The notes: generated by a model not told the origin, from the sequence alone. A stretch of DNA of 64,000 nucleotides from Patescibacteria group bacterium (GCA_041661745.1 JBAZTR010000002.1:68368-132367); one strand, 5' to 3'; counted from the first letter of the stretch, positions 29,948 to 42,360 are shown. A program made the numbers and translations.

Positions 29948-30637
29948 TTACCAATCTTTTGTTTTTAAAGCTTCCGCGGCCGCCGCTACCTGAGCTTCAT
30001 GTTTCGAGGTTCCGTAACCTTTGGCCACAAGCTCTTTGTTAATGTAAACACCAATTTCAAACTTTTTATTATGGTCCGGGCCCTCTTCGGATAGTACCTT
30101 ATAATTTGGCGTTACGCCAACCCGTTCCTGAGCCGCTTCCTGGAAACGACTCTTGGGATCAATGTGTAATTGGTCACGCAGAATCTCCGGTAACTTTATC
30201 AAAACCGTACGATGAATAAAGTCCTTTGCTTCGTCCCATCCAAGATCCAGATAAATTGAACCGATTACCGCCTCGATAGCATTGGCCAAAATATATCGTC
30301 TGGCTTTGGAGGCTTTGTCTTTTGCTTCACCTTTAGAAAGGTAAAGAAATTCTTCTACATTAAGGCCGTCACAAATAACTGCCATCATGTCGGCATTGAC
30401 CAAGGCCGCCCGCCAGTTGGTGAGTTCACCTTCGGGGTTCTCGTAATTCTTATATAAGAATTCCGTTACCACCAATTCAAGAACAGCATCGCCGAGAAAT
30501 TCCAATCGTTCGTTGTGACCCAGACGAAAGTCGGGGTGCTCGTTTAGGTAAGAGCGGTGAACAAGCGCTTGACGTAACGTGTCCTTATCTTTGAACGTGA
30601 CGCCAAGAGTCTGCTCAAGCTTCTTCAAATCGTTCAT
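29948..30637 (-). CDS. rnc: Ribonuclease III
   Basis: [12 protein letters not shown]; ds[11 protein letters not shown]...GPDH. Confidence 0.98.
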   Translation of the reverse strand: MNDLKKLEQTLGVTFKDKDTLRQALVHRSYLNEHPDFRLGHNERLEFLGDAVLELVVTEFLYKNYENPEGELTNWRAALVNADMMAVICDGLNVEEFLYLSKGEAKDKASKARRYILANAIEAVIGSIYLDLGWDEAKDFIHRTVLIKLPEILRDQLHIDPKSRFQEAAQERVGVTPNYKVLSEEGPDHNKKFEIGVYINKELVAKGYGTSKHEAQVAAAAEALKTKDW

Positions 30638-31125
30638 AATTGTTCTTTTTTATCTTCGTTATCGTTTTCTTTTTTTGGTGGATTAATATCAACCTCTTTT
30701 ATTTCGCCTTTGGCTACAACATCTTTATAAATTGCGCCAAGGACGCCGTTGACGAACTTTCCCGAAGCATCGCCGCCGAAACTTTTGGCCAATTCAATGG
30801 CTTCGTTGATAGCCACTTTGGAGGGCACGCCCGGTGAAAATTTTAATTCGTAAGTGCCGAGCCGTAAAATATTGCGATCCATGCAGGTCATGGATTGGAG
30901 TGGCCACTCCGGAGCGAACTGAACAATAATTTCATCGATTGTCGCCATGTTTTTAATGACCCCGTCAATCGTTTCCTTAACATAACCGGCGTCGTCAAAA
31001 TTCGGAGCAAATTCGGCGCGGTCATACGAAATAATATCATCGAGTTTGTCGGTTGGCTGACCGTTAAAATCCCATTGATAGAGCGATTGCATGACTAAGG
31101 TACGCGCAAGGTGACGGTTGGACAT
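30634..31125 (-). CDS. nusB: Transcription antitermination factor NusB
   Basis: [26 protein letters not shown]. Confidence 0.96.
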   Translation of the reverse strand: MSNRHLARTLVMQSLYQWDFNGQPTDKLDDIISYDRAEFAPNFDDAGYVKETIDGVIKNMATIDEIIVQFAPEWPLQSMTCMDRNILRLGTYELKFSPGVPSKVAINEAIELAKSFGGDASGKFVNGVLGAIYKDVVAKGEIKEVDINPPKKENDNEDKKEQL

Positions 31126-31165
31126 AAAGAACAAAAAAAGAGGCAAAAATTGCCTCTGTTATAAA

Positions 31166-31381
31166 TTATTTTTTGGTTGTCTTCTTAACCAAACGCTTGG
31201 CGGCGCGGGTGGTGTCGACAACTTTTTTGCCTTTGTAAGAACCGCAAGCCTTGCAAGCGCGGTGTGGCAAGACAGCAACGCCGCAAGCTTCGCATTTGTT
31301 GATGGAGAGTTTTTTAAGAGCAAAATGCGCGGCTCGACGACGCTTGTCCGAACTAGTTCGGCGATGACCAGGAAGTCCCAT
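31166..31381 (-). CDS. rpmF: 50S ribosomal protein L32
   Basis: RRRAAH, CEACG..LPHRACKACGSYKG. Confidence 0.93.
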   Translation of the reverse strand: MGLPGHRRTSSDKRRRAAHFALKKLSINKCEACGVAVLPHRACKACGSYKGKKVVDTTRAAKRLVKKTTKK

Positions 31382-31492
31382 AGTGATTTTTAATGAAGAT
31401 TAGTTAATACTGCTGGTTATCATTGTAGCAAAAATAAGAAGATAAGTCAACAAAACCCCGCCGTTCGCGAACGGCGGGGTTCTAAAAACCAT

Positions 31493-34015
31493 TTAAACCA
31501 CGGCCACACTGGCCACTTTGTCCTTTTCCTCTTTAAAGCGCATAACCCGCACCCCTTGAGTATCGCGGCCAAGAACAGAAACCGAGGTAATGCTGATACG
31601 AATAACCTGTCCGCCGGTGGAAATGACCATAAGGTCACGTTTGTCATCGGCATCAACAATGCGCGCACTGATGACCTTACCGGTTTTGGCCGAAACATGG
31701 GCTGTCCTGATACCAGAACCGCCACGCCCCTGTGTTTTGTATTCATCAATCGGAGTACGTTTGCCCAATCCATTTTCCATAATAACCAAAAGCTGGGCTT
31801 GATCCTTACGTTTGGCCATTTCGGTATTAATTACATCCATGCCAATCACCACATCAGAACCCTTAAGACGAATACCGCGCACCCCAGCCGCTGAACGGCC
31901 CATGGAACGAACACTGTCCTCGTTAAAACGAATTGATTGCCCGGCAGCCGTGACCAATGAAATATCATCTTTGCCGGAAGTTGGTTTAACCCATTCCAAA
32001 TTATCACCGTCGTTTAATTTAATGGCAATCAAACCGTTTTGACGAATGTTTTCAAATTCTTCAATGGCTGTCTTTTTAACAGTTCCTTTACTAGTTATAA
32101 AGAATAAGAATTTGTAAGCATCGTCTTCAGAGAAAGACAGGTACGAAGTGACCGATTCACCCGGCGCCAAGTTAAGGAAGTTAACCAAGGCCTGACCCTT
32201 AGCTGTGCGCGCCGCTTCGGGAATGTCGTAAGCTTTAGTTTTAAAGACACGACCACGATTGGTGAAGAACAAAATATCGCGGTGTGTGGTGGTGGAGAAC
32301 ATTTGTTCAACTTCATCTTCTTCTTTAGTGGTAAGGCCCATGACTCCCTTACCGCCACGAACCTGAGTGCGGAAAGCATCAGGCGAAACCCGTTTGATAT
32401 ATCCGCCACGCGTGATCATGACGACAGTCGCGACATCAGGAATTAAGTCTTCCATGGCAAAGGCCTTAATGCCCTGCTTAACCACCTCAGTGCGACGTTC
32501 GTCGCCATATTTTTCCTTAATTTCTTCGACCTCGTTTTTAACCAGGGTACGGACTTTCTTTTCTGATTTCAAAATCGCTTCCAGTTCGGCAATCAGTTTT
32601 TGTTTTTCTTCCCATTCCTGTTCGATTCTTAAGCGTTCCAAATTGGCCAGCTGTTGCAAGCGCATTTCCAAGATGGCGACCGCTTGCAGTTCGGACAACT
32701 TGAATTTCTTCATCAAGTTAACCCGCGCTTCGTCCTTATCTTTTGATTTTTTAATTGTCTCGATGACTTTGTCGATGTTGAGTAAGGCAATACGTAAGCC
32801 TTCAAGAATATGAGCGCGATCTTTGGCTTTATCAAGCTCGAACTGTGTGCGTCGACGAATAACAACAAAGCGATGTTTTAAAAATTCTTCAATGATTGAT
32901 TTTAAGTTCAAGACCCGCGGCTGAATTCCATCAATCAAGGCCAACATGTTGACGTGAAAAGTTTCTTGCAGCTGCGTTAATTGATACAAGCGGTTCAAAA
33001 CTTTTTTGGGATAAGCATCTTTTTTAAGTTCAATAATAATGCGCACGCCATCATTGGTTGATTCATCCCAAAGATCGCGAATGCCTTCAATTTTTTTATC
33101 GCGCACCAATTCGGCAATTTTTTCCAGAAGCGTCGCTTTATTAACCTGGAAAGGAATTTCTTGAACAATAATCCGCATGTTGCCTTTTTTGTCTTCGGAA
33201 ATCTCGGTCTTGGCGCGAGTCATGATTCCGCCCTTACCTGTGGCATAGGCTTGTTTGATTTCGTTCCAATCGTAAATAATACCACCGGTTGGAAAATCGG
33301 GGCCTTTTACAAATTCTAACAAATCTTCGATGGTGGCTTCGGGGTTATCCAGCAAATGAATTGTGGCATCACAGACCTCGGTTAAGTTATGCGGCGGAAT
33401 GTTGGTAGCCATACCAACGGCAATACCAAGCGTACCGTTGATAAGAAGGTTAGGTGCTTTGGCTGGCAAGACCGACGGTTCCTCGTGGGTACCATCAAAG
33501 TTGGGGTGAAAATCAACGGTATTTTTTTCAATATCAACCAACATTTCTTCAGCCAATGGACGCAGCTTTGATTCAGTGTAACGATAGGCCGCGGCTGAGT
33601 CGCCATCAAGCGAACCAAAGTTACCTTGGCCGTTAATAAGCGGGTAGCGCAACTTAAAATCCTGAGCCATGTGAACCAAGGAATCATAAACCGCCAAGTC
33701 GCCGTGCGGATGATATTTACCAAGTACTTCACCAACCACAGTGGCGCATTTCTTAAAACGCGAATTGGCTCTAAGACCCACTTGCCACATGGAATAAAGA
33801 ATGCGGCGATGCACCGGCTTTAAACCATCACGAACATCGGGCAAAGCGCGACTGACAATAACCGACATGGCGTAATCCAAATACGCGTCGCTCATTTCGT
33901 GACTAATTTCTCGGGCTTCAAGCCGACCGACTAAAGCCGTGTCGCTTAACGGAACCACTTCCTGGTCTTCACCCTTATTCGGCTGATGCTTGATTGTTTT
34001 CTTGAGTTTCGCCAT
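31493..34015 (-). CDS. gyrA: DNA gyrase subunit A
   Basis: [29 protein letters not shown], GyrA-box QVRGGKG. Confidence 0.98.
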   Translation of the reverse strand: MAKLKKTIKHQPNKGEDQEVVPLSDTALVGRLEAREISHEMSDAYLDYAMSVIVSRALPDVRDGLKPVHRRILYSMWQVGLRANSRFKKCATVVGEVLGKYHPHGDLAVYDSLVHMAQDFKLRYPLINGQGNFGSLDGDSAAAYRYTESKLRPLAEEMLVDIEKNTVDFHPNFDGTHEEPSVLPAKAPNLLINGTLGIAVGMATNIPPHNLTEVCDATIHLLDNPEATIEDLLEFVKGPDFPTGGIIYDWNEIKQAYATGKGGIMTRAKTEISEDKKGNMRIIVQEIPFQVNKATLLEKIAELVRDKKIEGIRDLWDESTNDGVRIIIELKKDAYPKKVLNRLYQLTQLQETFHVNMLALIDGIQPRVLNLKSIIEEFLKHRFVVIRRRTQFELDKAKDRAHILEGLRIALLNIDKVIETIKKSKDKDEARVNLMKKFKLSELQAVAILEMRLQQLANLERLRIEQEWEEKQKLIAELEAILKSEKKVRTLVKNEVEEIKEKYGDERRTEVVKQGIKAFAMEDLIPDVATVVMITRGGYIKRVSPDAFRTQVRGGKGVMGLTTKEEDEVEQMFSTTTHRDILFFTNRGRVFKTKAYDIPEAARTAKGQALVNFLNLAPGESVTSYLSFSEDDAYKFLFFITSKGTVKKTAIEEFENIRQNGLIAIKLNDGDNLEWVKPTSGKDDISLVTAAGQSIRFNEDSVRSMGRSAAGVRGIRLKGSDVVIGMDVINTEMAKRKDQAQLLVIMENGLGKRTPIDEYKTQGRGGSGIRTAHVSAKTGKVISARIVDADDKRDLMVISTGGQVIRISITSVSVLGRDTQGVRVMRFKEEKDKVASVAVV

Positions 34016-34352
34016 ATTGATTTTCTAAATTTTCTTTCATGATTTCGCCCACTATATTGGAGGCTTCTTTTCTTTGTTCAGTGGCCTCGCCCAAGACCTC
34101 GACAGCATCGCCAATAACTGGGGTGACTTCACTGACCGGTTCTTGCAAACCACTTTTTAAATCAGAACCAATGTCTTGCATACCGTTTTTTATTTCAGAC
34201 ATCTGGGTCAGAGTATTCTTTGACGAAAGGTTAAGATTAGCCCAACTCTTTTTAAAAGAAAAAAACCATCCAACCAACGCCAAACAGATAGTCAGTCCAA
34301 CACTGACGTAAAAAACAGTTTGGCGATTGGCAGGTAGTTTATTGATTCGCAT
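33975..34352 (-). CDS. Hypothetical membrane-anchored protein
   Basis: Single N-terminal TM; operon-like position. Confidence 0.6.
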   Translation of the reverse strand: MRINKLPANRQTVFYVSVGLTICLALVGWFFSFKKSWANLNLSSKNTLTQMSEIKNGMQDIGSDLKSGLQEPVSEVTPVIGDAVEVLGEATEQRKEASNIVGEIMKENLENQYGETQENNQASAE

Positions 34353-34353
34353 A

Positions 34354-34998
34354 TCACGCCCGCTCAAGAGTCATAATCAACATATCTTCTTCTGGCAAAT
34401 CGCGTTTGGTGACCTTGTATTTATTTGTAGTCTCTCGCTGGCAGACTCCCAAGGCTTTACAGAAAGCATCGGCTGTTCCCAAATTTTCTTTTAACCCTTC
34501 AACTGAATGTGTCATGGGAATAACCACGCGCGGCTCAAGCTGTTCAATAACTTCCGAGGCAAGCTTGGGTGAAAGAACCCGCCCACCGCCAGCCGGAATC
34601 ATCAAAATATCGATATTTTTAAGTTCAGCCAACTCGTCGTCAGTCAAAACGCGATTTAAGGCCCCAAGATGCGCTAAATGAACGCCTTCAATTTCAAAAC
34701 GAAAGATGCGATGATCTTCCATTCCCTTTTCGGCCAAAGGCGCCGAAATGGAATAAACGAAAACACCTTTAACCTCGTATTCACCGGGGGTATTAACAAC
34801 AAACGGTTTGCCCTGAATAGCCTCGGTGTTGTTAGCGTCAGCTTCGTCATGACTGACAGCAACCAAATCAGCAGTCAAAGTCCGGGGGAAACGTAAACCG
34901 GTTTCGTTAACATACGGATCAGTGACCAAAGTCACTTCCCCGGCCGGGGTTTTGGTGGTGATTTCAAAGCTCGAAAGTCCGTGCCAAGAGATGTTCAT
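34354..34998 (-). CDS. MBL-fold (UlaG-like) protein with degenerate metal motif
   Basis: MNISWHGLSSF, TDPY, SHDEAD, PGEYEVKG, IPMTH. Confidence 0.85.
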   Translation of the reverse strand: MNISWHGLSSFEITTKTPAGEVTLVTDPYVNETGLRFPRTLTADLVAVSHDEADANNTEAIQGKPFVVNTPGEYEVKGVFVYSISAPLAEKGMEDHRIFRFEIEGVHLAHLGALNRVLTDDELAELKNIDILMIPAGGGRVLSPKLASEVIEQLEPRVVIPMTHSVEGLKENLGTADAFCKALGVCQRETTNKYKVTKRDLPEEDMLIMTLERA

Positions 34999-35104
34999 AA
35001 AGTAAAAAGTTACGCGTCCAGTATAGCACGTGGGGGCAGTTTGGACAAGCGGAAAATGGGTAAAAAAACAGGCCACGAGAGTGGCCTGTTTTGATCTTTT
35101 TTCC

Positions 35105-35779
35105 TTATTCCTCCCCAAATACCCCTTGCCAATATTCGATTTCTTTTTTAACTGTTTCCAATTTTGGATCAGGCATAGTAACGAGCCATCCTTCCTCAAA
35201 GTTTTTAACCTTATCCAAAATTTCCGCCTCCCATTTTTTATCATGACTGGCCAAAGCTCGCAGAATATCAATTTGTTTCTGAATCTCATCACGTTGTCCC
35301 TCGTACTTCTTTACCAACTTGTCGTACTTGGGCAGATCTTTTTCGCTTAATTCTTTCATTTCTTCCTTAACATGCTCTTCAGCATCCATGAAACCATCTT
35401 CAATCTGATATTTTTCATCAGCATTAAACTGCTCTTCAAACATTTTACTGCGAGTAATTTCTTCGATATTGGCACCCGAGGCTAGAATATCCTCCAACTT
35501 CTTTTTCACGGCATCATCAACGTGTTCCAAAACATGTTCTTTGAGTTTCTCGAGCTTGGTCAGGCCGGTCAGTTCGTTATAGGCGTAGCGATACGGATAT
35601 TCAGCTTTACCGGTGGTAGCCATGGCCTCAGAAATTCTTTTTTCATCAGTATTCGGATCAGTCAAAAGAGCCTCGCATGTTTTTTGCGCTTCGGCCTTAA
35701 TTTCGGCTGGCACGGTTGGTGCCAAATGGTTAATGGCGTATTGGTACTCTTTTAAGATGTATTCATGGGGGTGAGACAT
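35105..35779 (-). CDS. Hypothetical helical protein
   Basis: Native codon usage; start MSHPHEY. Confidence 0.7.
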   Translation of the reverse strand: MSHPHEYILKEYQYAINHLAPTVPAEIKAEAQKTCEALLTDPNTDEKRISEAMATTGKAEYPYRYAYNELTGLTKLEKLKEHVLEHVDDAVKKKLEDILASGANIEEITRSKMFEEQFNADEKYQIEDGFMDAEEHVKEEMKELSEKDLPKYDKLVKKYEGQRDEIQKQIDILRALASHDKKWEAEILDKVKNFEEGWLVTMPDPKLETVKKEIEYWQGVFGEE

Positions 35780-35968
35780 AGAGGGGTGGGTGTTAAATCT
35801 AAGGATAGAGTACCAATAAATCGGAATCTTGCCAAAAATCCGCCCTTCGGCTATACTTTCCACACCCTTCCTACGCTCGAGGCGAGCTACGGAGGGCACG
35901 CCTTTTAATTATTAGTCCCGTTGGGCCAAACCTGGGGCCACCCAGACTCACGCCTACCGGAAAATCAT

Positions 35969-37129
35969 ATGGCTTTAAAGAAGCCCGAAAACGTAAATAG
36001 TGAATTGGGAAAACTGCTCGCTGATGGCGGGTATTTAAAGATCCCAAAAGTTGCCGATGTGGTGCGTGGCAAGGTCTTGTCGACCAACCGCCGCGAAGTC
36101 CGTTTGGACATTGAAGGCATGACCTCAGGCGTTATTCGCGGTCGCGAATTGTTCGCCGAATCAGCTTTCTACGATAATTTAAAAATTGGTGATGAAGTCG
36201 ACGCGACCGTTCTTGAGCTTGAGAACGAAAACGGCGACATGGAACTTTCCTTTCGTTCGGCCGGCCAACAAAAGGCCTGGGACGAATTGCGTCGTTTGTT
36301 CACCACTAGTGAAATCGTTCCAGCTAAAGTTGTTGAAGCTAACAAAGGTGGTCTCCTCATGCGCATCGGTCATGTCACTGGTTTCTTGCCAGTGTCGCAG
36401 CTCTCGCCCGAACACTATCCGCGAGTTTCCGGTGGCGACAAAAATAAAATTTTAGAAAAACTTCGTTCGTATGTCGGCACCGACATGGACGTTCGAGTAA
36501 TCGATGTCAACGAAAACGAAGAAAAATTAATTGTCTCGGAAAAATCAGTTTGGGAAGAACGTCAAAAAGATTTGATCTCGCGTTATCGCGTTGGCGATAA
36601 GGTTATGGGTGAAATCACCGCCTTGGCCGACTTCGGCGCCTTTGTTCGCTTTGATACTTTGGAAGGCTTGGTCCATATCAGCGAAATTGCTTGGCAGCGT
36701 ATCGATCATCCTCGTGATTTATTGAAGGTTGGCCAACAAGTCGAAGCCGAAATCATCGGCATCGAAGGCAGCAAAATTTTCCTCTCCATGAAAAAGTTAG
36801 TTGATGACCCATGGAAGCGCATTCAAGAGGAATACAAAATTGGCGATACCGTTAAAGGAAAGGTTTTGAAGATTAATCCGTTCGGCTTCTTTGTTGAGCT
36901 GACTCCGGAAATCCATGGCTTGGCCCATGTCTCTGAACTTTCCAACCAGCCGAATATTGATCCCACCACCTTGGGTAAAATCGGCGATGAAATGGAATTC
37001 AAAGTCGTCTCGATTGAACCAAAAGAACATCGTCTTGGACTCTCCCTCAAAGCTATGACCGAACCGGAAGTTAAAACAGAAGAAGTTAAAGCTCCTGAAG
37101 AAACCAAGGAAGAAGTCAAAGCCGAATAA
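35969..37129 (+). CDS. rpsA: 30S ribosomal protein S1 (4 S1 domains)
   Basis: Repeated S1 motifs (GFLPVSQL, FGAFV..EGLVHISE, GLAHVSEL). Confidence 0.9.
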   Translation: MALKKPENVNSELGKLLADGGYLKIPKVADVVRGKVLSTNRREVRLDIEGMTSGVIRGRELFAESAFYDNLKIGDEVDATVLELENENGDMELSFRSAGQQKAWDELRRLFTTSEIVPAKVVEANKGGLLMRIGHVTGFLPVSQLSPEHYPRVSGGDKNKILEKLRSYVGTDMDVRVIDVNENEEKLIVSEKSVWEERQKDLISRYRVGDKVMGEITALADFGAFVRFDTLEGLVHISEIAWQRIDHPRDLLKVGQQVEAEIIGIEGSKIFLSMKKLVDDPWKRIQEEYKIGDTVKGKVLKINPFGFFVELTPEIHGLAHVSELSNQPNIDPTTLGKIGDEMEFKVVSIEPKEHRLGLSLKAMTEPEVKTEEVKAPEETKEEVKAE

Positions 37130-37206
37130 TCAAACAAAAAAGCAGGGCTAACGGCCCTGCTTTTTGGTCTTGAAAAATCCAGCCGGTCGTGTATAATTTC
37201 TTCGTT

Positions 37207-39015
37207 ATGAAACCATTATCAAAAAACTTCATTCTCTTTATTTTAGTCCTATTGGTCATTGGGGCCATTTTCTCGACCTATAGTCTAAAAACCGATAAGC
37301 CAACCGAAGTCGGACTCAACACTTTGGTTGAGCAGGTGGCTAGTGGCCAAGTTCAATCGTTGGCCATATCCGGCAACGAAGTTGAAATTACTTTAAAAGA
37401 CGGCACCTTAGAAAAAACTACTAAGGAAGCCGACTTGTCGTTGACCGAACTTTTCGCTACCTACAATCTTGATCCGGCTGTGGTCGCGGCCGTGGACATG
37501 CAAATCGAAAACGAAAGCGGTAGTGGAATTTTTTGGGGGGTCATTATTCCTACTCTCTTACCAATTCTTCTTATCACTCTGCTCTTTTGGTTCATGATTC
37601 GCCAAATGCAAGGGGCCAACAACAAAGCCATGATGTTTGGTCAGGCCGGGGCGCGCGAATTTTCTAAGGATGCTAAAAATAAAGTTTCTTTCAAAGATGT
37701 TGCCGGAGCGCGTGAAGCTAAGGAAGAGTTAATGGAAGAAGTCGATTTCTTAAAAAATCCAAAAAAGTTTATTGACCTCGGAGCGAAAATTCCGAAAGGG
37801 GTTTTGCTCATGGGTCCGCCGGGCACTGGTAAAACTTTAATGGCTCGCGCGGTGGCCGGTGAAGCCGGTGTTCCCTTCTACCACATCAGCGGTTCGGAAT
37901 TTGTGGAAATGTTCGTTGGTGTTGGTGCCGCTCGGGTGCGTGATTTGTTTGCCAAAGCAAAAAAGAACGCTCCGTGCATTATCTTTATTGATGAAATTGA
38001 TGCTGTCGGTCGACAACGTGGAGCTGGCCTTGGTGGCAGTCACGATGAACGCGAACAAACTTTAAACCAAATCTTAGTGGAAATGGATGGCTTCGAACCA
38101 AACCTTGGGGTCATTATTATTGCCGCCACCAACCGCCCCGATGTTCTTGATCCGGCCTTACTACGCCCAGGTCGTTTCGATCGTCGCGTTATTTTGGATA
38201 TGCCGGACATTGGCGAACGCGAGGAAATATTAAAAATTCACGCTAACGGCAAGCCGCTTGAAGCCGATATCAATGTTCGCCGCGTGGCCGAGCGCACCCC
38301 GGGCTTTTCCGGAGCTGATTTGTCCAACGTTTTAAACGAGGCAGCCATTCGCGCGGCTCGTAACAACCAGACGATTATTACTTTGATCGATGTTTTAGAG
38401 TCAATTGAAAAGGTTTTGCTGGGACCAGAACGCAAAAGCTTTATTCTACTTCCCAAGGAACGGGAAATCACTGCTTATCACGAAGCTGGCCATGCCTTGG
38501 TAGCCCATATTTTGCCGCACGCTGATCCGGTTCATAAAGTTTCCATCATTAGCCGTGGTCGCGCCGCTGGTTACACTATTAAACTCCCGAGCGAAGACAA
38601 AAAAATGCACAGCAAGTCTGAATTTCTCGACGACATTGCCGTCTTCTTGGCCGGCCACTTGGTGGAACAAGAAATTTTTGGTGATGTTACCACCGGTGCT
38701 TCCGATGATTTACGCAAAGCCACCGGCTTGGCTCGCGAACTCGTCACCTCTTACGGCATGAGTGATCTTGGCACACGTACCTTTGGTGACAAGGATGAAA
38801 TGATTTTCCTTGGCCGTGAAATTCACGAGGCCCGAGATTATTCCGAAAAAACCGCCGAGGCTATTGATAACGAAGTAAACAACATCATTACTCGCGCTCA
38901 CGGCGTGGCTTGTGATATCATTAGTAAAGAACGCGCCAAACTTGATTTGATTGCTAAGACGCTTTTGGAAAAAGAAACAATTGAAAAAGACGAGTTTGAA
39001 GCGTTAATGAAATAA
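37207..39015 (+). CDS. ftsH: ATP-dependent zinc metalloprotease FtsH
   Basis: 2 [27 protein letters not shown]. Confidence 0.98.
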   Translation: MKPLSKNFILFILVLLVIGAIFSTYSLKTDKPTEVGLNTLVEQVASGQVQSLAISGNEVEITLKDGTLEKTTKEADLSLTELFATYNLDPAVVAAVDMQIENESGSGIFWGVIIPTLLPILLITLLFWFMIRQMQGANNKAMMFGQAGAREFSKDAKNKVSFKDVAGAREAKEELMEEVDFLKNPKKFIDLGAKIPKGVLLMGPPGTGKTLMARAVAGEAGVPFYHISGSEFVEMFVGVGAARVRDLFAKAKKNAPCIIFIDEIDAVGRQRGAGLGGSHDEREQTLNQILVEMDGFEPNLGVIIIAATNRPDVLDPALLRPGRFDRRVILDMPDIGEREEILKIHANGKPLEADINVRRVAERTPGFSGADLSNVLNEAAIRAARNNQTIITLIDVLESIEKVLLGPERKSFILLPKEREITAYHEAGHALVAHILPHADPVHKVSIISRGRAAGYTIKLPSEDKKMHSKSEFLDDIAVFLAGHLVEQEIFGDVTTGASDDLRKATGLARELVTSYGMSDLGTRTFGDKDEMIFLGREIHEARDYSEKTAEAIDNEVNNIITRAHGVACDIISKERAKLDLIAKTLLEKETIEKDEFEALMK

Positions 39016-39031
39016 AAGACCAAAGGAGGAT

Positions 39032-39994
39032 ATGTCAAAACCAATTTATCGCCCGCTATTTTTAGAGGCCTGGAAAAAATCCTGGCACCACAAACGTTTG
39101 TGGGTCTTGGGAATTTTTGCCACGATTATGGCTTCCGGCGGGCTTTTTGAATCCATTTTTGGCAATTGGCAAACTGCTTTAAAAGGCCGAGAAATGTTGG
39201 AGCAATGTATTAATGGCACTCTCCCGGGTTATCAATGGTTGGTTTCTTATAGTCGTTACTTATCAATGCTTGAACCAAGGCAACAGTACACAATATCAGC
39301 CGTTGTTATTTTGCTTCTGCTTGGTCTAATCTCTTTAGGTGCTTTGGCTCAAGGAGCGATTTTGGTTGGTGGGCTAGAAAAACATTCCCTTAGTTTCCGC
39401 GAACTCCTCAAAAAAAGCTATCATTTTTTCTGGCGCATTCTTGGAATTGATATTATCGGCAAAATCGGCCTGGCCCTACTTTTTATTATTACCGTGGCCC
39501 CGGTCGCTTTCCTAAATCCTCTACCGTACGGTTGGCATCAATATCCGCCAATCATTTCCTTAGCTGTTTTCTTAGTTGGAATGATTGCTGTCACGACATT
39601 ACAAATGCTTTCCCTGGTCGGAGTCGTTAGAAAACATCTGAATATTTCCGGGGCTATCCACGAGGCTTGGGATATCTTCCGTTTTCATGTCGTCGTAACA
39701 CTTGAACTGGGGATTCTGCTTTTTATCACTTCCTTCCTCGCAACTTTGGTTACCATGGCTTTGCTGTTTATCTTATCCATACCGCTCATACTGTTATTTG
39801 TTATAGCAACCATCCTCGGCTCAGCCGGTTTCTATCTGCTTTCCATCTTTGCTTCCATTGTCATCGTTGTCGCCATTATCCTTCTTGCCTCGGGACTTCT
39901 TACAACCTTTCAATACACGGTTTGGTCTTTATATTTTGAAGAAGCCGGCCGTTTCGGAATTATTCCAAAAATTAAAAGATGGTTTAAAAAATAA
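39032..39994 (+). CDS. Multi-pass membrane protein
   Basis: Several TM segments; follows ftsH. Confidence 0.75.
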   Translation: MSKPIYRPLFLEAWKKSWHHKRLWVLGIFATIMASGGLFESIFGNWQTALKGREMLEQCINGTLPGYQWLVSYSRYLSMLEPRQQYTISAVVILLLLGLISLGALAQGAILVGGLEKHSLSFRELLKKSYHFFWRILGIDIIGKIGLALLFIITVAPVAFLNPLPYGWHQYPPIISLAVFLVGMIAVTTLQMLSLVGVVRKHLNISGAIHEAWDIFRFHVVVTLELGILLFITSFLATLVTMALLFILSIPLILLFVIATILGSAGFYLLSIFASIVIVVAIILLASGLLTTFQYTVWSLYFEEAGRFGIIPKIKRWFKK

Positions 39995-40121
39995 TCAACT
40001 GTTTGAAAACACCGGATAAAAAGCCGGTGTTTTTATTTCTATCCTCTTAACCGCCTTTAACCTCCCGTGCTATACTAGAACCACGCTCGCTCTCGTCTTT
40101 CAGACTTCGGCGAGATAAAAT

Positions 40122-41885
40122 ATGTCGGACTTACCATCAATTGAAGACTTATTAAAAAAGAAACCCTCGCCTGCTTCCTTGCCCGTGGCCAGTGCCACCT
40201 TCGCCCCAGCCGCCTCAACGGCGCCCGCAGCCGCGGCCCCGGCCTCAGATTTAGAAGAAAAAATGAAGGAAGTTCGTTTAAAGGAAAAGGAAGATGAAGC
40301 GCAAGGAAAAGCGCGCGACCTTGGCGTATCTTTCGTTAACCTAAAAGGCTTCCCGATCAGCCCGGAAGCTTTGTCTTTGATTCCTCGCGAGCAAGCGGAA
40401 AAATTAAAAGTTGTCTGTTTTTTACACACTGGTCCGGAAATTCGTTTGGCTGCTCTGGAACCAAAAAGCGAAGGGGTCCAAGAGTTGGCCTTTCAGTTAG
40501 CTGAACGTTATAAAGCCAACAGTGTGGTCTATCAGGTCTCCGAGGAAAGCATGCGCTTGGCCATGAAGGCTTACGATTCCCTGCCGAAATTTAAACCGAT
40601 TGTTAAAGGGGTAAAAATAACTGATACCGAATTAGCCAAGTTTCAAGCGGCCATGACCACCTTTGCTGATATTCAAAAAACTATTCAGAACGCTTCGGTT
40701 ACCGATATTTTAACCATCGTTGTGGCCGCTGCCCTTAAATTTGATTCCAGCGACATTCATATTGAGGCTGAGGAAAATAAAATCGTTGTGCGTTATCGCC
40801 TGGACGGCGTTTTACAGGATGTCGCCGATCTGCCACACGAAGAATGGAAAAAAATTATCTCGCGTATTAAATTGATCTCTGGTTTAAAAATTAATATTGT
40901 CGAACGTCCGCAGGATGGCCGTTTCACAATTTTTATCAAAGATGGCGACACCGACGTTCGTGTTTCCACCATTCCCACCAACTGGGGCGAATCAGTGGTT
41001 ATGCGTCTCTTGAAACCGGAATCGATTGATGTTTCTTTCTCACAACTCGGCTGGCGACCAATCTTGGAAAAAAAGATTTTGCGTGAAATCGAAAAGCCGC
41101 ATGGCATGATTGTCACCACCGGTCCGACCGGCTCTGGTAAAACCACGACTCTTTACGCTATTCTTAAAAAATTAAATAAGTCCGATGTAAAAATCATCAC
41201 TTTGGAAGATCCGATCGAATACAAAATCGAAGGTCTAAACCAATCACAAATTGATGCCTCAAAAAATTACACTTTTGCCGCCGGTCTCCGTTCTATTCTT
41301 CGCCAAGATCCGGACATTATCATGGTCGGCGAAATTCGCGACCTGGAAACAGCCGACACAGCCATCAACGCCGCCCTTACCGGGCACCTTCTTCTTTCCA
41401 CTATCCATACCAACTCCGCTTCCGGGGCTTTGCCGCGTTTTATTTCCATGGGAGTCAAACCATTTTTACTTGCCCCGGCCCTAAACGCAATTGTCGGCCA
41501 ACGCTTGGTACGCAAGGTTTGCGAAAAATGTAAAACCAATGACGCTTTGACACCAGAACGATTGGAAGAAGTTAAAAAAATACTTGGCGTTATTTCTCCG
41601 ACTTCGGGTGAAGCTATTCCCGACCTAAATAATCTAAAATTTTATAAAGGAACCGGTTGTGAAGAATGTAACAACACTGGTTACAAAGGTCGCATCGGTA
41701 TTTATGAAGTTATTTTAATGGATGATACGGTTCGTGCTTCCCTTTCAGAAAATATCTCCGAATATGAAGCGCAAAAACTAGCCTTGGCTCAAGGTATGGT
41801 CACCATGTCGCAAGACGGTTTACTTAAAGCCCTTGATGGCATTACTGATGTGGCCGAGGTGTTCCGGGTAACTGGCGGCACATAA
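40122..41885 (+). CDS. Type IV pilus / T2SS assembly ATPase (PilB/GspE)
   Basis: SDIHIE, GPTGSGKTT, EDPIEY, RQDPD, GEIRD, two CxxC motifs. Confidence 0.95.
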   Translation: MSDLPSIEDLLKKKPSPASLPVASATFAPAASTAPAAAAPASDLEEKMKEVRLKEKEDEAQGKARDLGVSFVNLKGFPISPEALSLIPREQAEKLKVVCFLHTGPEIRLAALEPKSEGVQELAFQLAERYKANSVVYQVSEESMRLAMKAYDSLPKFKPIVKGVKITDTELAKFQAAMTTFADIQKTIQNASVTDILTIVVAAALKFDSSDIHIEAEENKIVVRYRLDGVLQDVADLPHEEWKKIISRIKLISGLKINIVERPQDGRFTIFIKDGDTDVRVSTIPTNWGESVVMRLLKPESIDVSFSQLGWRPILEKKILREIEKPHGMIVTTGPTGSGKTTTLYAILKKLNKSDVKIITLEDPIEYKIEGLNQSQIDASKNYTFAAGLRSILRQDPDIIMVGEIRDLETADTAINAALTGHLLLSTIHTNSASGALPRFISMGVKPFLLAPALNAIVGQRLVRKVCEKCKTNDALTPERLEEVKKILGVISPTSGEAIPDLNNLKFYKGTGCEECNNTGYKGRIGIYEVILMDDTVRASLSENISEYEAQKLALAQGMVTMSQDGLLKALDGITDVAEVFRVTGGT

Positions 41886-41933
41886 TTTTACAACCAAAAA
41901 ATACCTGCCGCATGGCAGGTATTTTATTTTTTA

Positions 41934-42359
41934 TTATTCGATAGTGATGATACGCTCGGTTTCTGTGCTACCAGTTTCAAATCTTACTACTCGATCGGTT
42001 TTAATTTCCGCTTCTTCGACCATTCCCGGCCACTCGATTAACACAATTGAGTCCGGCCGACCGACCCACTCCTCCAAACCAAGATTTAATAAATCGTCCG
42101 GCGTGCGCAAACGATAGGCGTCGACGTGAACGATTTTTTTTATATGGTCATGAGTGGCTGGATAAACATTCATTACCGTAAAGGTCGGGCTGCGCGCCAA
42201 CCCCTCGGCTCCAAAGGCCACGGCCAGACCTTGAACAAAGGTTGTTTTGCCAGCCCCTATTTCGCCCTCAAGAGCAACAACTTCACCACCCTTAAGAGTG
42301 GCCGCAAATTCCGCGGCAATAATCTTGGTCTGTTCAAGTGATTCGGACTTGTATTCCAT
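41934..42359 (-). CDS. tsaE: t6A biosynthesis ATPase TsaE
   Basis: GEIGAGKT, SPTF, HVDAYRL, IEW. Confidence 0.95.
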   Translation of the reverse strand: MEYKSESLEQTKIIAAEFAATLKGGEVVALEGEIGAGKTTFVQGLAVAFGAEGLARSPTFTVMNVYPATHDHIKKIVHVDAYRLRTPDDLLNLGLEEWVGRPDSIVLIEWPGMVEEAEIKTDRVVRFETGSTETERIITIE

Positions 42360-42360
42360 A

